This document shows positions 40,692 through 50,100 of a stretch of DNA of 61,363 nt, one piece after another. The notes under the pieces are model-generated. The model was not told where the DNA came from, did no database searches, and saw only the letters and a program-made list of their open reading frames with translations. Numbering within the stretch: the stretch's first letter is position 1; each line of letters starts with the position of its first letter. The translations under genes were made by a program, and so were the position numbers. This DNA comes from Pseudomonadota bacterium (GTDB lineage Bacteria > Oederibacteriota > Muellerivitia > Muellerivitales > Muellerivitaceae), in assembly GCA_021324075.1 (NCBI GenBank), contig JAJPJW010000211.1, positions 1 through 61,363 on the forward strand. The letters are read 5' to 3'.

Positions 40692-41618
40692 ATGAAGTGG
40701 TTCTTTTATCTAACCTGTTTTTTGCCATTGACGGCCGCCTTTCCGCTCTGGGCGCAGGACTCCGGCACGACCGGGGCCGACATTTTGAAAGTCCCCATAG
40801 GAGTCCGTCCCGTCGCCTTGGGCGGAAGTTATTCAGCCCTTGGGGATGACGTCTATGTAATGGATTACAACCCCGCTGGCCTTGCCCGCGTTTCAAAATA
40901 CAGTCTTGGAATCGATCATGTTCAGGGGTTTGCGGACGTACAAATAGAATCCCTGAGCGCGGCGATACCCACCCGGAATTATGGAAATTTAGGTGCCCAA
41001 ATTATTTTTCGGCATATGCCTGTCATCCAAAACACCCTCGCGACCGACCCTACCATTTCAGCTGATGATTTTGTCGTAAGTTTTGCGGACGGCCAACAAT
41101 TCGGCAAAATTGCCGTGGGCGGCGCCTTCAAGACAATTGTTTCGACGCTTGGGGAAAAACAAGCATTCACCAATGCCATTGACCTTGGGTTTAAAATCCA
41201 ACTTTGGGACACGGATTTTGCGGCAGTAGTGCAAAATGTGGGGCCGGATGTCCAATTTCAACCCAATTCCCAGGCCTCGGACCCTTTGCCTCTGACATTT
41301 CGACTGGGTGTAGCAAGGCCTCTGATCGTTTCACCCGCTTCCACGCTTTTAACTTCAGCGGAAGTCTTTAACGTGCGCGATGAAGGGACCCAGGCTTCGG
41401 TAGGGTTTGAATATTGGCACCGAAGCGTTTTGGCCATTCGTGCCGGTTATCGTTTCAGCGACGCCGGAAATCTTGAGGGAGGTTTTTCGGCCGGCGCCGC
41501 CCTTCGTTACAATATCGGAAGATTGCAGTATGAGATCGGTTATGCCTGGCGCCCGGCCCAAGTGAGTTCCAGCTTTATTGCCAGTTCGCATTTATTTGGC
41601 CTGCTTTTCTGGTATTGA
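40692..41618 (+). CDS. PorV/PorQ family (FadL-like) outer-membrane barrel
   Basis: Signal peptide; ILKVPIGVRPVALGGSYSALGDD...YNPAGLA; DPLPLTFRLG; LAIRAGY. Confidence 0.8.
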   Translation: MKWFFYLTCFLPLTAAFPLWAQDSGTTGADILKVPIGVRPVALGGSYSALGDDVYVMDYNPAGLARVSKYSLGIDHVQGFADVQIESLSAAIPTRNYGNLGAQIIFRHMPVIQNTLATDPTISADDFVVSFADGQQFGKIAVGGAFKTIVSTLGEKQAFTNAIDLGFKIQLWDTDFAAVVQNVGPDVQFQPNSQASDPLPLTFRLGVARPLIVSPASTLLTSAEVFNVRDEGTQASVGFEYWHRSVLAIRAGYRFSDAGNLEGGFSAGAALRYNIGRLQYEIGYAWRPAQVSSSFIASSHLFGLLFWY

Positions 41619-41644
41619 GACAAGTCCATCCAGCTGACAAAAGC

Positions 41645-41673
41645 TTGACAACATCCTGCCCGATGAATAAACT
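41645..41673 (+). promoter_or_regulatory. Sigma70 promoter of rplU-rpmA
   Basis: TTGACA-N17-TAAACT. Confidence 0.75.
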
Positions 41674-41726
41674 CTTAGACTCTTTGGCCCTTTTTGTCGT
41701 GGGTCCATTTTTAGCGGGAGGAATTC

Positions 41727-42041
41727 ATGTACGCTGTCATTAAAACCGGTGGCAAACAATACCGGGTTTCCGAAGGCGATGTTATTACAGTGGACCGGGT
41801 CAAAGGTAACCCCGGAGACCCCATTGAATTTGCCCATGTCCTTTTATTGGAAAACAACGGCCAGTTGAAGATTCAAAAAAGTGAAGTTAAAAGCATAAAG
41901 GTTGTTGGAAAAATTGTCAGCTCAACTCAGGGAAAGAAAATCAGGGTTTTTCGTTATCGCCGCCGGAAAAACACCATGAAGACCAAGGGCTCCAGGCCGA
42001 AGTTAACGACCGTTTCGATCGAAAAAATCCAAACTGCTTAA
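41727..42041 (+). CDS. rplU: 50S ribosomal protein L21
   Basis: MYAVIKTGGKQYRVSEGD. Confidence 0.96.
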   Translation: MYAVIKTGGKQYRVSEGDVITVDRVKGNPGDPIEFAHVLLLENNGQLKIQKSEVKSIKVVGKIVSSTQGKKIRVFRYRRRKNTMKTKGSRPKLTTVSIEKIQTA

Positions 42042-42068
42042 AAGCAATTTTGTTCAAGGAGAATTGTC

Positions 42069-42329
42069 ATGGGGCAACATAAAGCGGGCGGGTCAACACA
42101 AAATGGCCGGGACAGTCACAGCCAGCGTCTGGGAATAAAAGCCTTTGGCGGTAATTTCGTCACGGCGGGAAGCATCCTGGTCCGCCAGCGCGGCTTACGG
42201 TACAAACCCGGGCAAAACGTCGGCGTTGGCAAGGACGACACCTTATTTGCGAAAACTTCCGGATTGGTTACTTTTCGGGAATTCAAAAAGGGATCAAAAA
42301 TGGTCAGCATCGAGCCCCAAAAGGCTTGA
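42069..42329 (+). CDS. rpmA: 50S ribosomal protein L27
   Basis: [33 protein letters not shown]. Confidence 0.96.
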   Translation: MGQHKAGGSTQNGRDSHSQRLGIKAFGGNFVTAGSILVRQRGLRYKPGQNVGVGKDDTLFAKTSGLVTFREFKKGSKMVSIEPQKA

Positions 42330-42341
42330 GAGAACCGTTGT

Positions 42342-42372
42342 AAAAAACCTCGCCTTTGGGCGGGGTTTTTTT
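42342..42372 (+). terminator. Intrinsic terminator after rpmA
   Basis: AAAAAACCTCGCC-TTTG-GGCGGGGTTTTTTT hairpin plus U-tract. Confidence 0.8.
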
Positions 42373-42405
42373 GTTTAAGGGCAGTTTTAAAAGAAAGCTA
42401 TAACG

Positions 42406-43698
42406 ATGATAACGGATGAAGCGACGATTACGGTCCAGGCGGGCGCCGGTGGAAATGGATGCCTCAGCTTCCGCCGTGAAAAATATGTCCCGCGAGGCGG
42501 CCCCGACGGAGGGAACGGAGGCCGTGGCGGTGATATTTTCTTGGAGGCCCGAACGGATGTGGGCACCTTGGTGGATTTTATTTATCGTCCGCTTTACGAG
42601 GCCCGTCACGGGGAACATGGTAAAGGCAAAAATAAGCACGGGAGAGATGCCGAAGCGATTACGATCCGGGTTCCGGTCGGGACATTAGTGTGGGACGCGC
42701 AACAGAATTTAATCACCGACATGAATGAAGATAAAATGCGGTTTCTCATCGCCCGAGGCGGAAGAGGCGGCAGGGGAAACACAACCTTTACAACCTCGAC
42801 CCAGCAAGCCCCGCGATTGGCCGAAAGAGGGGAACCGGGGGAAATTAAAGTTCTCCGCTTGGAACTCAAGCTGTTGGCCGATGTCGGCCTTGTCGGGTTT
42901 CCAAACGCGGGGAAGTCGACCCTCTTGTCCCATGTCACCCATGCCCGCCCCAAAATTGCGGACTATCCTTTCACAACCCTCGAACCTCAATTGGGTGTGG
43001 TGCGCCTTTCGGATGGCCGAAGTTTCATCATGGCGGATGTTCCTGGTTTGATCGAGGGGGCAAGCCACGGAAAGGGTCTGGGGATAAAGTTTTTGAGGCA
43101 CTTGGAGCGGACCAAAGTTCTCCTCCATTTGGTTGAAGTGGCTACTCTCGAGAGCTTTTCCGAGCTGGAGACAAGGATTAAAACCATCCGCCGCGAATTA
43201 AAAGAGCACAGCCCGAAATTTTTAAAGATGCCCGAACTGATGGTGATGACGAAGATTGACGCCGTCTCCAAGAACGACTATCGAAAGTGGATGGAAAAAT
43301 TGGCGAAGAAGGGGCTGAAAGTATTGCCGATTTCGGCGGTGACGGGTGAAGGGTTGGGCCCGTTACTGGAAGAAACCTGGAAATTATTGTCGGCAAAAAA
43401 TGAAGAGCCGCAAGTTGTAAAACCGTTGGAAGAACGGGTTTATCAAGCCAAGGCAAGGTTCAGCATCGAAAAAAATGATACGGCTTTCGTTGTCACCGGT
43501 GACGAAATAAAAAAATGGGTGGCGATGACCAATTTTAACAGCCGTGATGCGGTGGAGAGGTTTCAAAAAATTCTCGGTAGAATGGGTGTCATTAAAGAAC
43601 TGAAGAAGATGGGAGTCCGGGAAGGCGATAACATATTTTGCGAAGACCATGAGTTCGTATTTGAGTCGGACAATATGGGGGATTATCGTGGTAACTGA
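42406..43698 (+). CDS. obgE: GTPase ObgE with C-terminal DUF1967-like domain
   Basis: GGNGCLSFRREKYVPRGGPDGG, GFPNAGKST, YPFTTL, DVPGLIEGA. Confidence 0.97.
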   Translation: MITDEATITVQAGAGGNGCLSFRREKYVPRGGPDGGNGGRGGDIFLEARTDVGTLVDFIYRPLYEARHGEHGKGKNKHGRDAEAITIRVPVGTLVWDAQQNLITDMNEDKMRFLIARGGRGGRGNTTFTTSTQQAPRLAERGEPGEIKVLRLELKLLADVGLVGFPNAGKSTLLSHVTHARPKIADYPFTTLEPQLGVVRLSDGRSFIMADVPGLIEGASHGKGLGIKFLRHLERTKVLLHLVEVATLESFSELETRIKTIRRELKEHSPKFLKMPELMVMTKIDAVSKNDYRKWMEKLAKKGLKVLPISAVTGEGLGPLLEETWKLLSAKNEEPQVVKPLEERVYQAKARFSIEKNDTAFVVTGDEIKKWVAMTNFNSRDAVERFQKILGRMGVIKELKKMGVREGDNIFCEDHEFVFESDNMGDYRGN

Positions 43699-44833
43699 CC
43701 GAAAAAAGCACCTTTCGCACGTCAAACGGGTTGTGGTGAAGGTTGGAAGCAGCCTTTTAACGGACTCCCGCCGCATGAAAATCCGAAATGGATTTCTGGA
43801 AAGTTTGGCAAGACAGATCAAAATCCTTCAAAAACGGGGGGTCAGCTGCGTCGTAGTGACTTCCGGCGCCATCGCGGCCGGGATGTTTGAGTTGGGCTTT
43901 ACACAACGCCCCAAGAATATGTCCCAACTTCAGGCTCTGGCCGCCGTTGGGCAAAGCAATTTGATGCATGCCTACGACGCGACATTTCGCCGCTTTGGGT
44001 TGCGAGTGGCACAGATACTTTTGACCCGGGACGATTTGTCGGATCGAGGGCGCTATTCCAATGCTCATAGCACTTTTTTGGAGCTCTTTCATTTTGGAAT
44101 CATTCCCGTGGTCAATGAGAATGACACGGTAGCTGTTGAAGAAATCAGGTTCGGCGACAACGACACCTTGGGAGTATTGGTTTCTCATTTATGCGAGGCG
44201 GATCTCTTGATTCTTTTGACGGATAAGGACGGTTATTTCAACGAAGACCCGCTTGTTAATCCCAACGCCAAGCTGATTTCCGATATTTACCAGTGGGACG
44301 AAAAATTGGTGCAAGGAGCGGGACGGTCTGGGTCCCACGTTGGAACGGGCGGAATGCTGACAAAAATAAAGGCCGCCCAAAATATGATGCGTTCAGGAAT
44401 CCCGATGGTGATCGCCAATGGTTCGAGCCCATCGGTCTTACCTGGAATTCTTGATTCCAAGAAAATCGGGACTTTTTTCCATCCCGCGGCTCAAAAAATG
44501 GCCAGTCGAAAACGTTGGCTGGCATGGAGTGTTAAGGCCCGGGGCGAGATGATGATTGATCCAGGTGCCGAAAAAGCTTTGATGGAAAAAAATAAGAGTC
44601 TGCTTCCCGCAGGAATCAGGAAAGTCTTGGGAACCTGGGAAAAAGGGGATATAGTTCGGATCGTAACAATGGAAGGCAAGGAAATCGCCAAGGGCATTTC
44701 TAACTATTCGTCCCATGATTTGGATATGGTTAAGGGCTTAAGGACCGATATCCTGGTCAAAAAGTTGGGGCCGGGATCGGTGGCAGAAGTCGTGCACCGG
44801 GATAATATGGTCAAAACCAGTAACGGTGTTTAG
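43688..44833 (+). CDS. proB: Glutamate 5-kinase with PUA domain
   Basis: VVKVGSS, SGAIAAG, AAVGQ, NENDTV, FGDND, GTGGMLTK, HRDNMV. Confidence 0.96.
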   Translation: MVTDRKKHLSHVKRVVVKVGSSLLTDSRRMKIRNGFLESLARQIKILQKRGVSCVVVTSGAIAAGMFELGFTQRPKNMSQLQALAAVGQSNLMHAYDATFRRFGLRVAQILLTRDDLSDRGRYSNAHSTFLELFHFGIIPVVNENDTVAVEEIRFGDNDTLGVLVSHLCEADLLILLTDKDGYFNEDPLVNPNAKLISDIYQWDEKLVQGAGRSGSHVGTGGMLTKIKAAQNMMRSGIPMVIANGSSPSVLPGILDSKKIGTFFHPAAQKMASRKRWLAWSVKARGEMMIDPGAEKALMEKNKSLLPAGIRKVLGTWEKGDIVRIVTMEGKEIAKGISNYSSHDLDMVKGLRTDILVKKLGPGSVAEVVHRDNMVKTSNGV

Positions 44834-44950
44834 CCGAGCCTGCACGAATATAGGTTTCATTTGCGGTTAAAACCATTTAAAATGAAATGATTTTGACAAA
44901 TAGTCGAAATTTGCAAAACACGAAAGATTGAATTACTTCGGGATTGATCC

Positions 44951-45517
44951 ATGGCTAAAAAAAATTACTATGAAATTTTCAAACTCTACCCGCCCATTGA
45001 TTTAGGCCAACTTCAGGAAACCTACAAACAACTCATTTTTGAGCACCATCCAGACCGAAATCCCACCAAGGCTGAATGGGCGATTGAACAAACAATGGAA
45101 ATTGTGGAGGCCTATAACGTCCTGAGCGATCCGCAAAAAAGGGAATTGTATAATTTTCAGGTGAAAACAGACATTCGGCGGGAAATCGGGGAATTGTTCG
45201 GAATAAAGAAGGGGTTGCTTAAAATAAAGAAATCCAAGGAAGAATTGGAAGCGGAAGAGCATTTTCAAAAGGGAATAGCCTTTTTTGAGGATAAAGACAG
45301 CTGGAACCAAGCTCAGCATGAATGGGTAACTTGTATTAAGTTAATACCCGGTTTTGTCAACGCCCATTACAATTTGGGTGTTTTATACGGTTATCAAGGA
45401 AATTTTAAGGATGCCGTAGCCTGCCTCGAAAGGGCCATAAAATACAATTCTGGCGACTATGAGGCAAAAAAAACCCTCAGCACTGCGATGGGCTTCGTAT
45501 ATGGCAAGAAAGTTTAA
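44951..45517 (+). CDS. J-domain (HPD) protein with C-terminal TPR
   Basis: KNYYEIF...HHPDRN...EAYNVLSDPQKRELY; TPR (AHYNLGVLY). Confidence 0.88.
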   Translation: MAKKNYYEIFKLYPPIDLGQLQETYKQLIFEHHPDRNPTKAEWAIEQTMEIVEAYNVLSDPQKRELYNFQVKTDIRREIGELFGIKKGLLKIKKSKEELEAEEHFQKGIAFFEDKDSWNQAQHEWVTCIKLIPGFVNAHYNLGVLYGYQGNFKDAVACLERAIKYNSGDYEAKKTLSTAMGFVYGKKV

Positions 45518-45532
45518 CTAAACGGGGATGGA

Positions 45533-47296
45533 ATGGCCGATAAGACCTTAGCAGTTGGAATTGATCTGGGAACCACGAACTCCTGCGTTGCTTACTTAAA
45601 CGGTGGGGAACCGCAGGTTATACCCAATTCGGATGGTTATTCCACCACGCCATCAGTGGTGGCCTTTACGGCCCAAAAGAACTGGCTTGTCGGCTTGGAT
45701 GCCAAGCACCAGGCCGTTACAAATCCGCACGGCACTGTCGCTTCGATCAAAAGGTTTATTGGACGAAAACTCACCGATGAAGATGTTCAAAAGGATAAAA
45801 GCCTTGTTCCCTACAACATCGAGGGTTCTGAAAACGGCGATATTCGTGTCCGTCTGGATGACCAGCTTAAATCACCGGAAGAAATTTCCGCCATTATCCT
45901 CCAAAAAATCAAACAGGACGTTGAGACGCGGGTCGGGGAAACCGTAACAAACGCAGTGATCACGGTGCCTGCTTATTTCAACGATTCCCAACGCCAAGCC
46001 ACCAAGGACGCCGGGAAAATTGCTGGATTCGAAGTTTTACGCATCATTAATGAGCCAACGGCCGCTGCTTTGGCTTATGACTTTGACACCAAAAAGAACC
46101 AGAAAATTGCCGTTTATGACCTGGGGGGCGGCACCCTGGACGTCACGATTTTAGAGCTTTTGAACGGGCTTTACCGGGTTTTGGCCACCTGTGGTGACAC
46201 TCATTTAGGCGGGGATGATTTTGACCAGGCCATTATGCAATGGGTTCTTGAGAAATTTATAGCCGAGCATGGAGTCGACTTGCGGCAGGAACCCGTGGCA
46301 TTGCAACGTCTGCGGGAGGCGGCTGAAAAAGCAAAATGCGATCTGTCTTCCGCGGCCGCCGTCGACATCAATCTTCCGTTTATCACCAAAAAAGAGGGGA
46401 CGCCGATAAATTTGTCCTACAACTTGACCCGGGCGGATTACGAGACGCTTGTTGGGGCCTTAGTTGAAAGAACATTGGAACCCTGCAAGAAAGCCCTGCG
46501 CGACGCCAACTTAACTCCGACGGATCTTAACGAAGTGCTACTGGTGGGCGGAATGACCCGTATGCCCAAAGTGAGGGATACGGTCCGTCGATTCTTTAAC
46601 AAGGAACCCAATACCAAGGTAAACCCCGATGAAGCGGTAGCCTTGGGAGCTTCCATCCAAGCAGGAATCATCAACGGAAATGTGCGAAACGCGTTGTTGC
46701 TCGACGTCACGCCCTTGTCATTGGGGGTTGAAACCCTTGGCGGCACTTTCAGCGTCATCATTCCCCGGAATACGACCGTTCCCACCAAAATGAGCAAACT
46801 TTACTCGACCGTGAAGGACATGCAAACCTCCGTGAATGTCAAGGTGTTGCAAGGTGAATCCAAGGCCGCCAACAATAACAAGACACTGGGCTTTTTTTCC
46901 TTTGTGGGGATTCCCCCCGCTCCAGCCGGCACCATTCAAATCGAGGTAACCTTTTCCATCGATTCCAACGGCATTGTCCATGTTACAGCAAAAAATGTGG
47001 CAACCGGACAAATGCAACAAATGAAGGTATCGGCCACAAGCGGATTGAGCAAAGAAGAGCTCGAAAAACTTGTCCAGGCCGCCAAGGGACGGGTTATTTC
47101 CGCAGCGCCCAAGGAAGAAAAGGAGGCAAAGCCCGCGCCGGCAAATACCAAGAAGGCGGAATCCACCCCTCCCACCCAATCGCCCTTAGTTTCAGCTCCT
47201 TCGGGCGCCGGTTCTGATAAAAGCGACGGGGAAGTCCTGACCGGGGACATGATCAACTTCCTCCTGAAAGATCCGGACGAGACATCCCACCAATGA
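45533..47296 (+). CDS. Hsp70/DnaK family chaperone lacking most of the helical lid
   Basis: GIDLGTTNS, TVPAYFNDSQRQATKDAG, DLGGGT, VGGMTRMP, LLDVTPLSLG; low-complexity tail after GLSKEELEK. Confidence 0.9.
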   Translation: MADKTLAVGIDLGTTNSCVAYLNGGEPQVIPNSDGYSTTPSVVAFTAQKNWLVGLDAKHQAVTNPHGTVASIKRFIGRKLTDEDVQKDKSLVPYNIEGSENGDIRVRLDDQLKSPEEISAIILQKIKQDVETRVGETVTNAVITVPAYFNDSQRQATKDAGKIAGFEVLRIINEPTAAALAYDFDTKKNQKIAVYDLGGGTLDVTILELLNGLYRVLATCGDTHLGGDDFDQAIMQWVLEKFIAEHGVDLRQEPVALQRLREAAEKAKCDLSSAAAVDINLPFITKKEGTPINLSYNLTRADYETLVGALVERTLEPCKKALRDANLTPTDLNEVLLVGGMTRMPKVRDTVRRFFNKEPNTKVNPDEAVALGASIQAGIINGNVRNALLLDVTPLSLGVETLGGTFSVIIPRNTTVPTKMSKLYSTVKDMQTSVNVKVLQGESKAANNNKTLGFFSFVGIPPAPAGTIQIEVTFSIDSNGIVHVTAKNVATGQMQQMKVSATSGLSKEELEKLVQAAKGRVISAAPKEEKEAKPAPANTKKAESTPPTQSPLVSAPSGAGSDKSDGEVLTGDMINFLLKDPDETSHQ

Positions 47297-47916
47297 AATC
47301 TGTCGGTCTTTTTGGGGGGACCTTCAATCCCATACACTATGGGCATTTGGCCATCGCGGAGGAAGTTCGCTCGAAACACAATCTGGACAAAGTTATCTTT
47401 ATTCCGACCAGTTTACCGCCCCACAAGGAACCCGAAGATTTGGCCGACGCCCATAAGCGTTCCGTGATGGCTTATCTAGCGACTGTGAGCAATCCTTGTT
47501 TTGAGGTTTCAACTTATGAGGCCGACCGGGGTGGGAAATCCTACACCATCGATACGGCCCGGCATTTTTACAATATTTTCGGAGAAAAGGTTGAACTTTA
47601 TTTCATTATTGGGGCGGATATGCTGGTAGAAATCGCCTCCTGGAAAAGCATTGGCGAACTTCTTGATATTTGCCGGTTTATTGCCGTTTCCAGACCAGGT
47701 TATGATGTCCGGAAGATCCTGAACCAGCATTATTTGTCGGCGCAAAGCCATTCCACCGCTTCTAAGATTCTTGAGCGAATTTCTATCGAGGAAACAGCCA
47801 TGCTGGATATCAGCGCTACCGGAATTCGCCGCCGCATTAAGGAATGGAAGAGCATAAAATACCTGGTGCCCGAACCCGTGGAACAATTCATCCATAACCA
47901 GCAACTTTACCGGTAA
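47293..47916 (+). CDS. nadD: Nicotinate-nucleotide adenylyltransferase
   Basis: GGTFNPIHYGH, PPHK, SYTIDT, IIGAD, ISATGIR. Confidence 0.96.
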   Translation: MKSVGLFGGTFNPIHYGHLAIAEEVRSKHNLDKVIFIPTSLPPHKEPEDLADAHKRSVMAYLATVSNPCFEVSTYEADRGGKSYTIDTARHFYNIFGEKVELYFIIGADMLVEIASWKSIGELLDICRFIAVSRPGYDVRKILNQHYLSAQSHSTASKILERISIEETAMLDISATGIRRRIKEWKSIKYLVPEPVEQFIHNQQLYR

Positions 47917-47925
47917 GGCGGTCAC

Positions 47926-48192
47926 GTGAACCTTGTCAATTTCATGGAAGAAGCCATAAAAAATTGCCTCGAAGAACTTTTGGCAAGTGCGCCCTACAAT
48001 TCAACCCGGTTTGAAGAAAAGGAGAAGTTGGATGTGATGGCCTATGCGCTGAACCGCCTTCCGCCACGTTATGTGGTGACGGAGAAGGGCCACCTTTACA
48101 CCCGGGTTGACGAGTTGAAGCAGCAATTCAAGACCGACATCGTCGTGGAACTTTCAAAGGCCATCAAACATGTTAAAGCCAATCCCCGTTAG
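47926..48192 (+). CDS. ComFB family protein
   Basis: LVNFMEE...DVMAYALNRLPPRYVV...VKANPR pattern. Confidence 0.85.
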   Translation: MNLVNFMEEAIKNCLEELLASAPYNSTRFEEKEKLDVMAYALNRLPPRYVVTEKGHLYTRVDELKQQFKTDIVVELSKAIKHVKANPR

Positions 48193-48201
48193 GAAGGGTT
48201 C

Positions 48202-48543
48202 TTGAGTCCCGATCCTGCCGCCCTCCTCCATAAGATTGTCAGTACACTCGAGGATAAAAAAGCCCTGGATGTCCGCGTTTTGGACGTTCGGGAAATAGTT
48301 TCTTACGCGGATTTTATGGTCATCTGCTCCGGCAGTTCCACGACTCATGTTTCTGCATTGGTTTCGAGCGTTGAAGACGCCTTCACGAAAAAAGAAGGCC
48401 CTCTTTTCATCAATTCTTCAAAAGACGACAGTTGGTGGATTTTGGATTTCGTCGACATTGTGGTGCACGTGTTCCGGGAGGATGTGCAACGCTATTACGA
48501 TTTGGAAGGTTTGTGGAGCGACGCGAAAAGGGTGGCTCTGTAA
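48202..48543 (+). CDS. rsfS: Ribosome silencing factor
   Basis: DKKALD, ADFMVICSG, WILDFVDIVVHVF, RYYDLEGLW; downstream of nadD. Confidence 0.94.
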   Translation: MSPDPAALLHKIVSTLEDKKALDVRVLDVREIVSYADFMVICSGSSTTHVSALVSSVEDAFTKKEGPLFINSSKDDSWWILDFVDIVVHVFREDVQRYYDLEGLWSDAKRVAL

Positions 48544-48576
48544 AAGCCGGGACGGGGATTCCCCCGTCCCGGCTTT
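48543..48576. terminator. Strong hairpin between convergent rsfS and NHL gene
   Basis: AAAGCCGGGACGGGG-ATTC-CCCCGTCCCGGCTTT 15-bp stem. Confidence 0.8.
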
Positions 48577-48582
48577 CCGTGG

Positions 48583-49545
48583 TTAATTTAAGGTGTATTT
48601 GACGATCCGGGAATTCCCATTGTCGACAACATAGATATTGCCGTTCGAGTCGATGGCCATGCTGTTGGGGCCATTTAACCCCTGCGTGGTATTGGGTGTG
48701 TTCCCCCATTGGGTCAGGTAAGAGCCGTTCGCATTGAACACTTGGATGCGGTTGTTCCCACTGTCGACGACATAGACGTTTCCGTTGGCATCCAATTTGA
48801 CGTCGGTCGGCCCGTAAAATTGGCCGGATTGCGAGCCGGATTTCCCCCAGACGGACACGGTTCCTGTGGCGGCGTTTAATTTAACGATGTTATCGGGATT
48901 GTAATTGGCGACATAAACATTTCCCGAACCGTCTTCGGTGGCCGCGATGGGGTAGTCGAAAATACCGTTCGTTGCCCCCGATACGCCCCATTGCCCGATC
49001 AATTGGACGGTTGAGTTGAACTCGTAAACTTCATCCGAATTATCGGCAACATACATGTTCCCGGCGTTGTCGAATGAAATTCCAGTGGGGTAGACGAATA
49101 GGGAATAGCCGTCGGGTCCCGGGGGCATCAATTCGTTGACGATATTCCCGCTTAAGTCATATTCCACGACCCTGGCATTCGAGGAATCCGCGACAAAGAC
49201 GTTGTTGTTGTGGATGGCGATGCCACTGGGTTGGTCCAATGTATCGGTTCCAGTATTTCCCCATTGGGTCAAGAGGTTTCCGTTCGAATCCAATTTGAAG
49301 ACTTCGTTTGAACTCATATCCGTAACATAAAAATTTCCATTTGCATCGACAGCGATGCATTGGGGATTTGAGAAGGATATGGTGCCCGCCTTGTTCCAAG
49401 CGGCCTTATAAATGGGACTGGGGATTTTGGCGGTTGTGGTGATGGCCGTGGTAGTGGGAGTGAGTGGATTCATGACATGGCCACAACCAAAGGGCCCGAG
49501 AAGACTCAAAGTCATCAAAGCTGTTAAAGAGAAACTCTTTTTCAT
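48583..49545 (-). CDS. NHL-repeat beta-propeller lipoprotein
   Basis: Lipobox-like PFGC, Thr-rich linker, six repeats of P.GIA.D..GN.YV.D..N.RI. Confidence 0.88.
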   Translation of the reverse strand: MKKSFSLTALMTLSLLGPFGCGHVMNPLTPTTTAITTTAKIPSPIYKAAWNKAGTISFSNPQCIAVDANGNFYVTDMSSNEVFKLDSNGNLLTQWGNTGTDTLDQPSGIAIHNNNVFVADSSNARVVEYDLSGNIVNELMPPGPDGYSLFVYPTGISFDNAGNMYVADNSDEVYEFNSTVQLIGQWGVSGATNGIFDYPIAATEDGSGNVYVANYNPDNIVKLNAATGTVSVWGKSGSQSGQFYGPTDVKLDANGNVYVVDSGNNRIQVFNANGSYLTQWGNTPNTTQGLNGPNSMAIDSNGNIYVVDNGNSRIVKYTLN

Positions 49546-49603
49546 AAATCACCTTCTCCCTTGGATTTGGCAGATCTGGAATCCGCCGACAATCCCTTAG
49601 AGG

Positions 49604-49619
49604 GCAACAGTGGTGCCAA
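49604..49619 (-). promoter_or_regulatory. Sigma54 (-24/-12) promoter of NHL lipoprotein gene
   Basis: TTGGCACCACTGTTGC on minus strand = TGGCAC-N5-TTGC, about 60 nt before the ATG. Confidence 0.7.
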
Positions 49620-50100
49620 TCCGGCAAAGGAAAATTTCCAATAAATGAACGGTTTTTATGGGGAAGAAAATGCGACAGGTGGGTTTAAAGGGACCGGCTG
49701 GGGAAAAATTACTCAATGAGCGGAAGCACCAGAGGAGTAATCAGCCCGGGTGTATTTAGATGGTGCCAAAACATAGACCGTCTCGGAACTCCACTTTACC
49801 AAGCTTTTAAGGGCCTGTTACCCGGACCTGTATAAGATCGTGTTATATTGAGGCCTTGTTTTGTCGTTTTTGCCCCTAAATATTGGGTTTTTCTCACTTG
49901 TTTTTAAAAAAAATGGCGATAAAATCAATAAAGCTCAAAGGTAACGCTTTTACCTTGATGGTTTCGGTGGGGGTCGCACCGTGCGGTGTAATTCTTTTTT
50001 AAATTTTAACGTTTATACATGGTCTGGGAATAGGTCCCTCGATGCGTCCTTTTTCCAATCCTTTACTTCCTTTTGCAAATATCAAATTAAAATTCCTCTT

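Noticed and set aside
44834-44950. CIRCE heat-shock operator before the J-protein/Hsp70 pair
   Set aside because: No TTAGCACTC-N9-GAGTGCTAA match
49930-49990. Small hairpins upstream of the giant gene as a c-di-GMP riboswitch
   Set aside because: GEMM-I/II consensus elements not found
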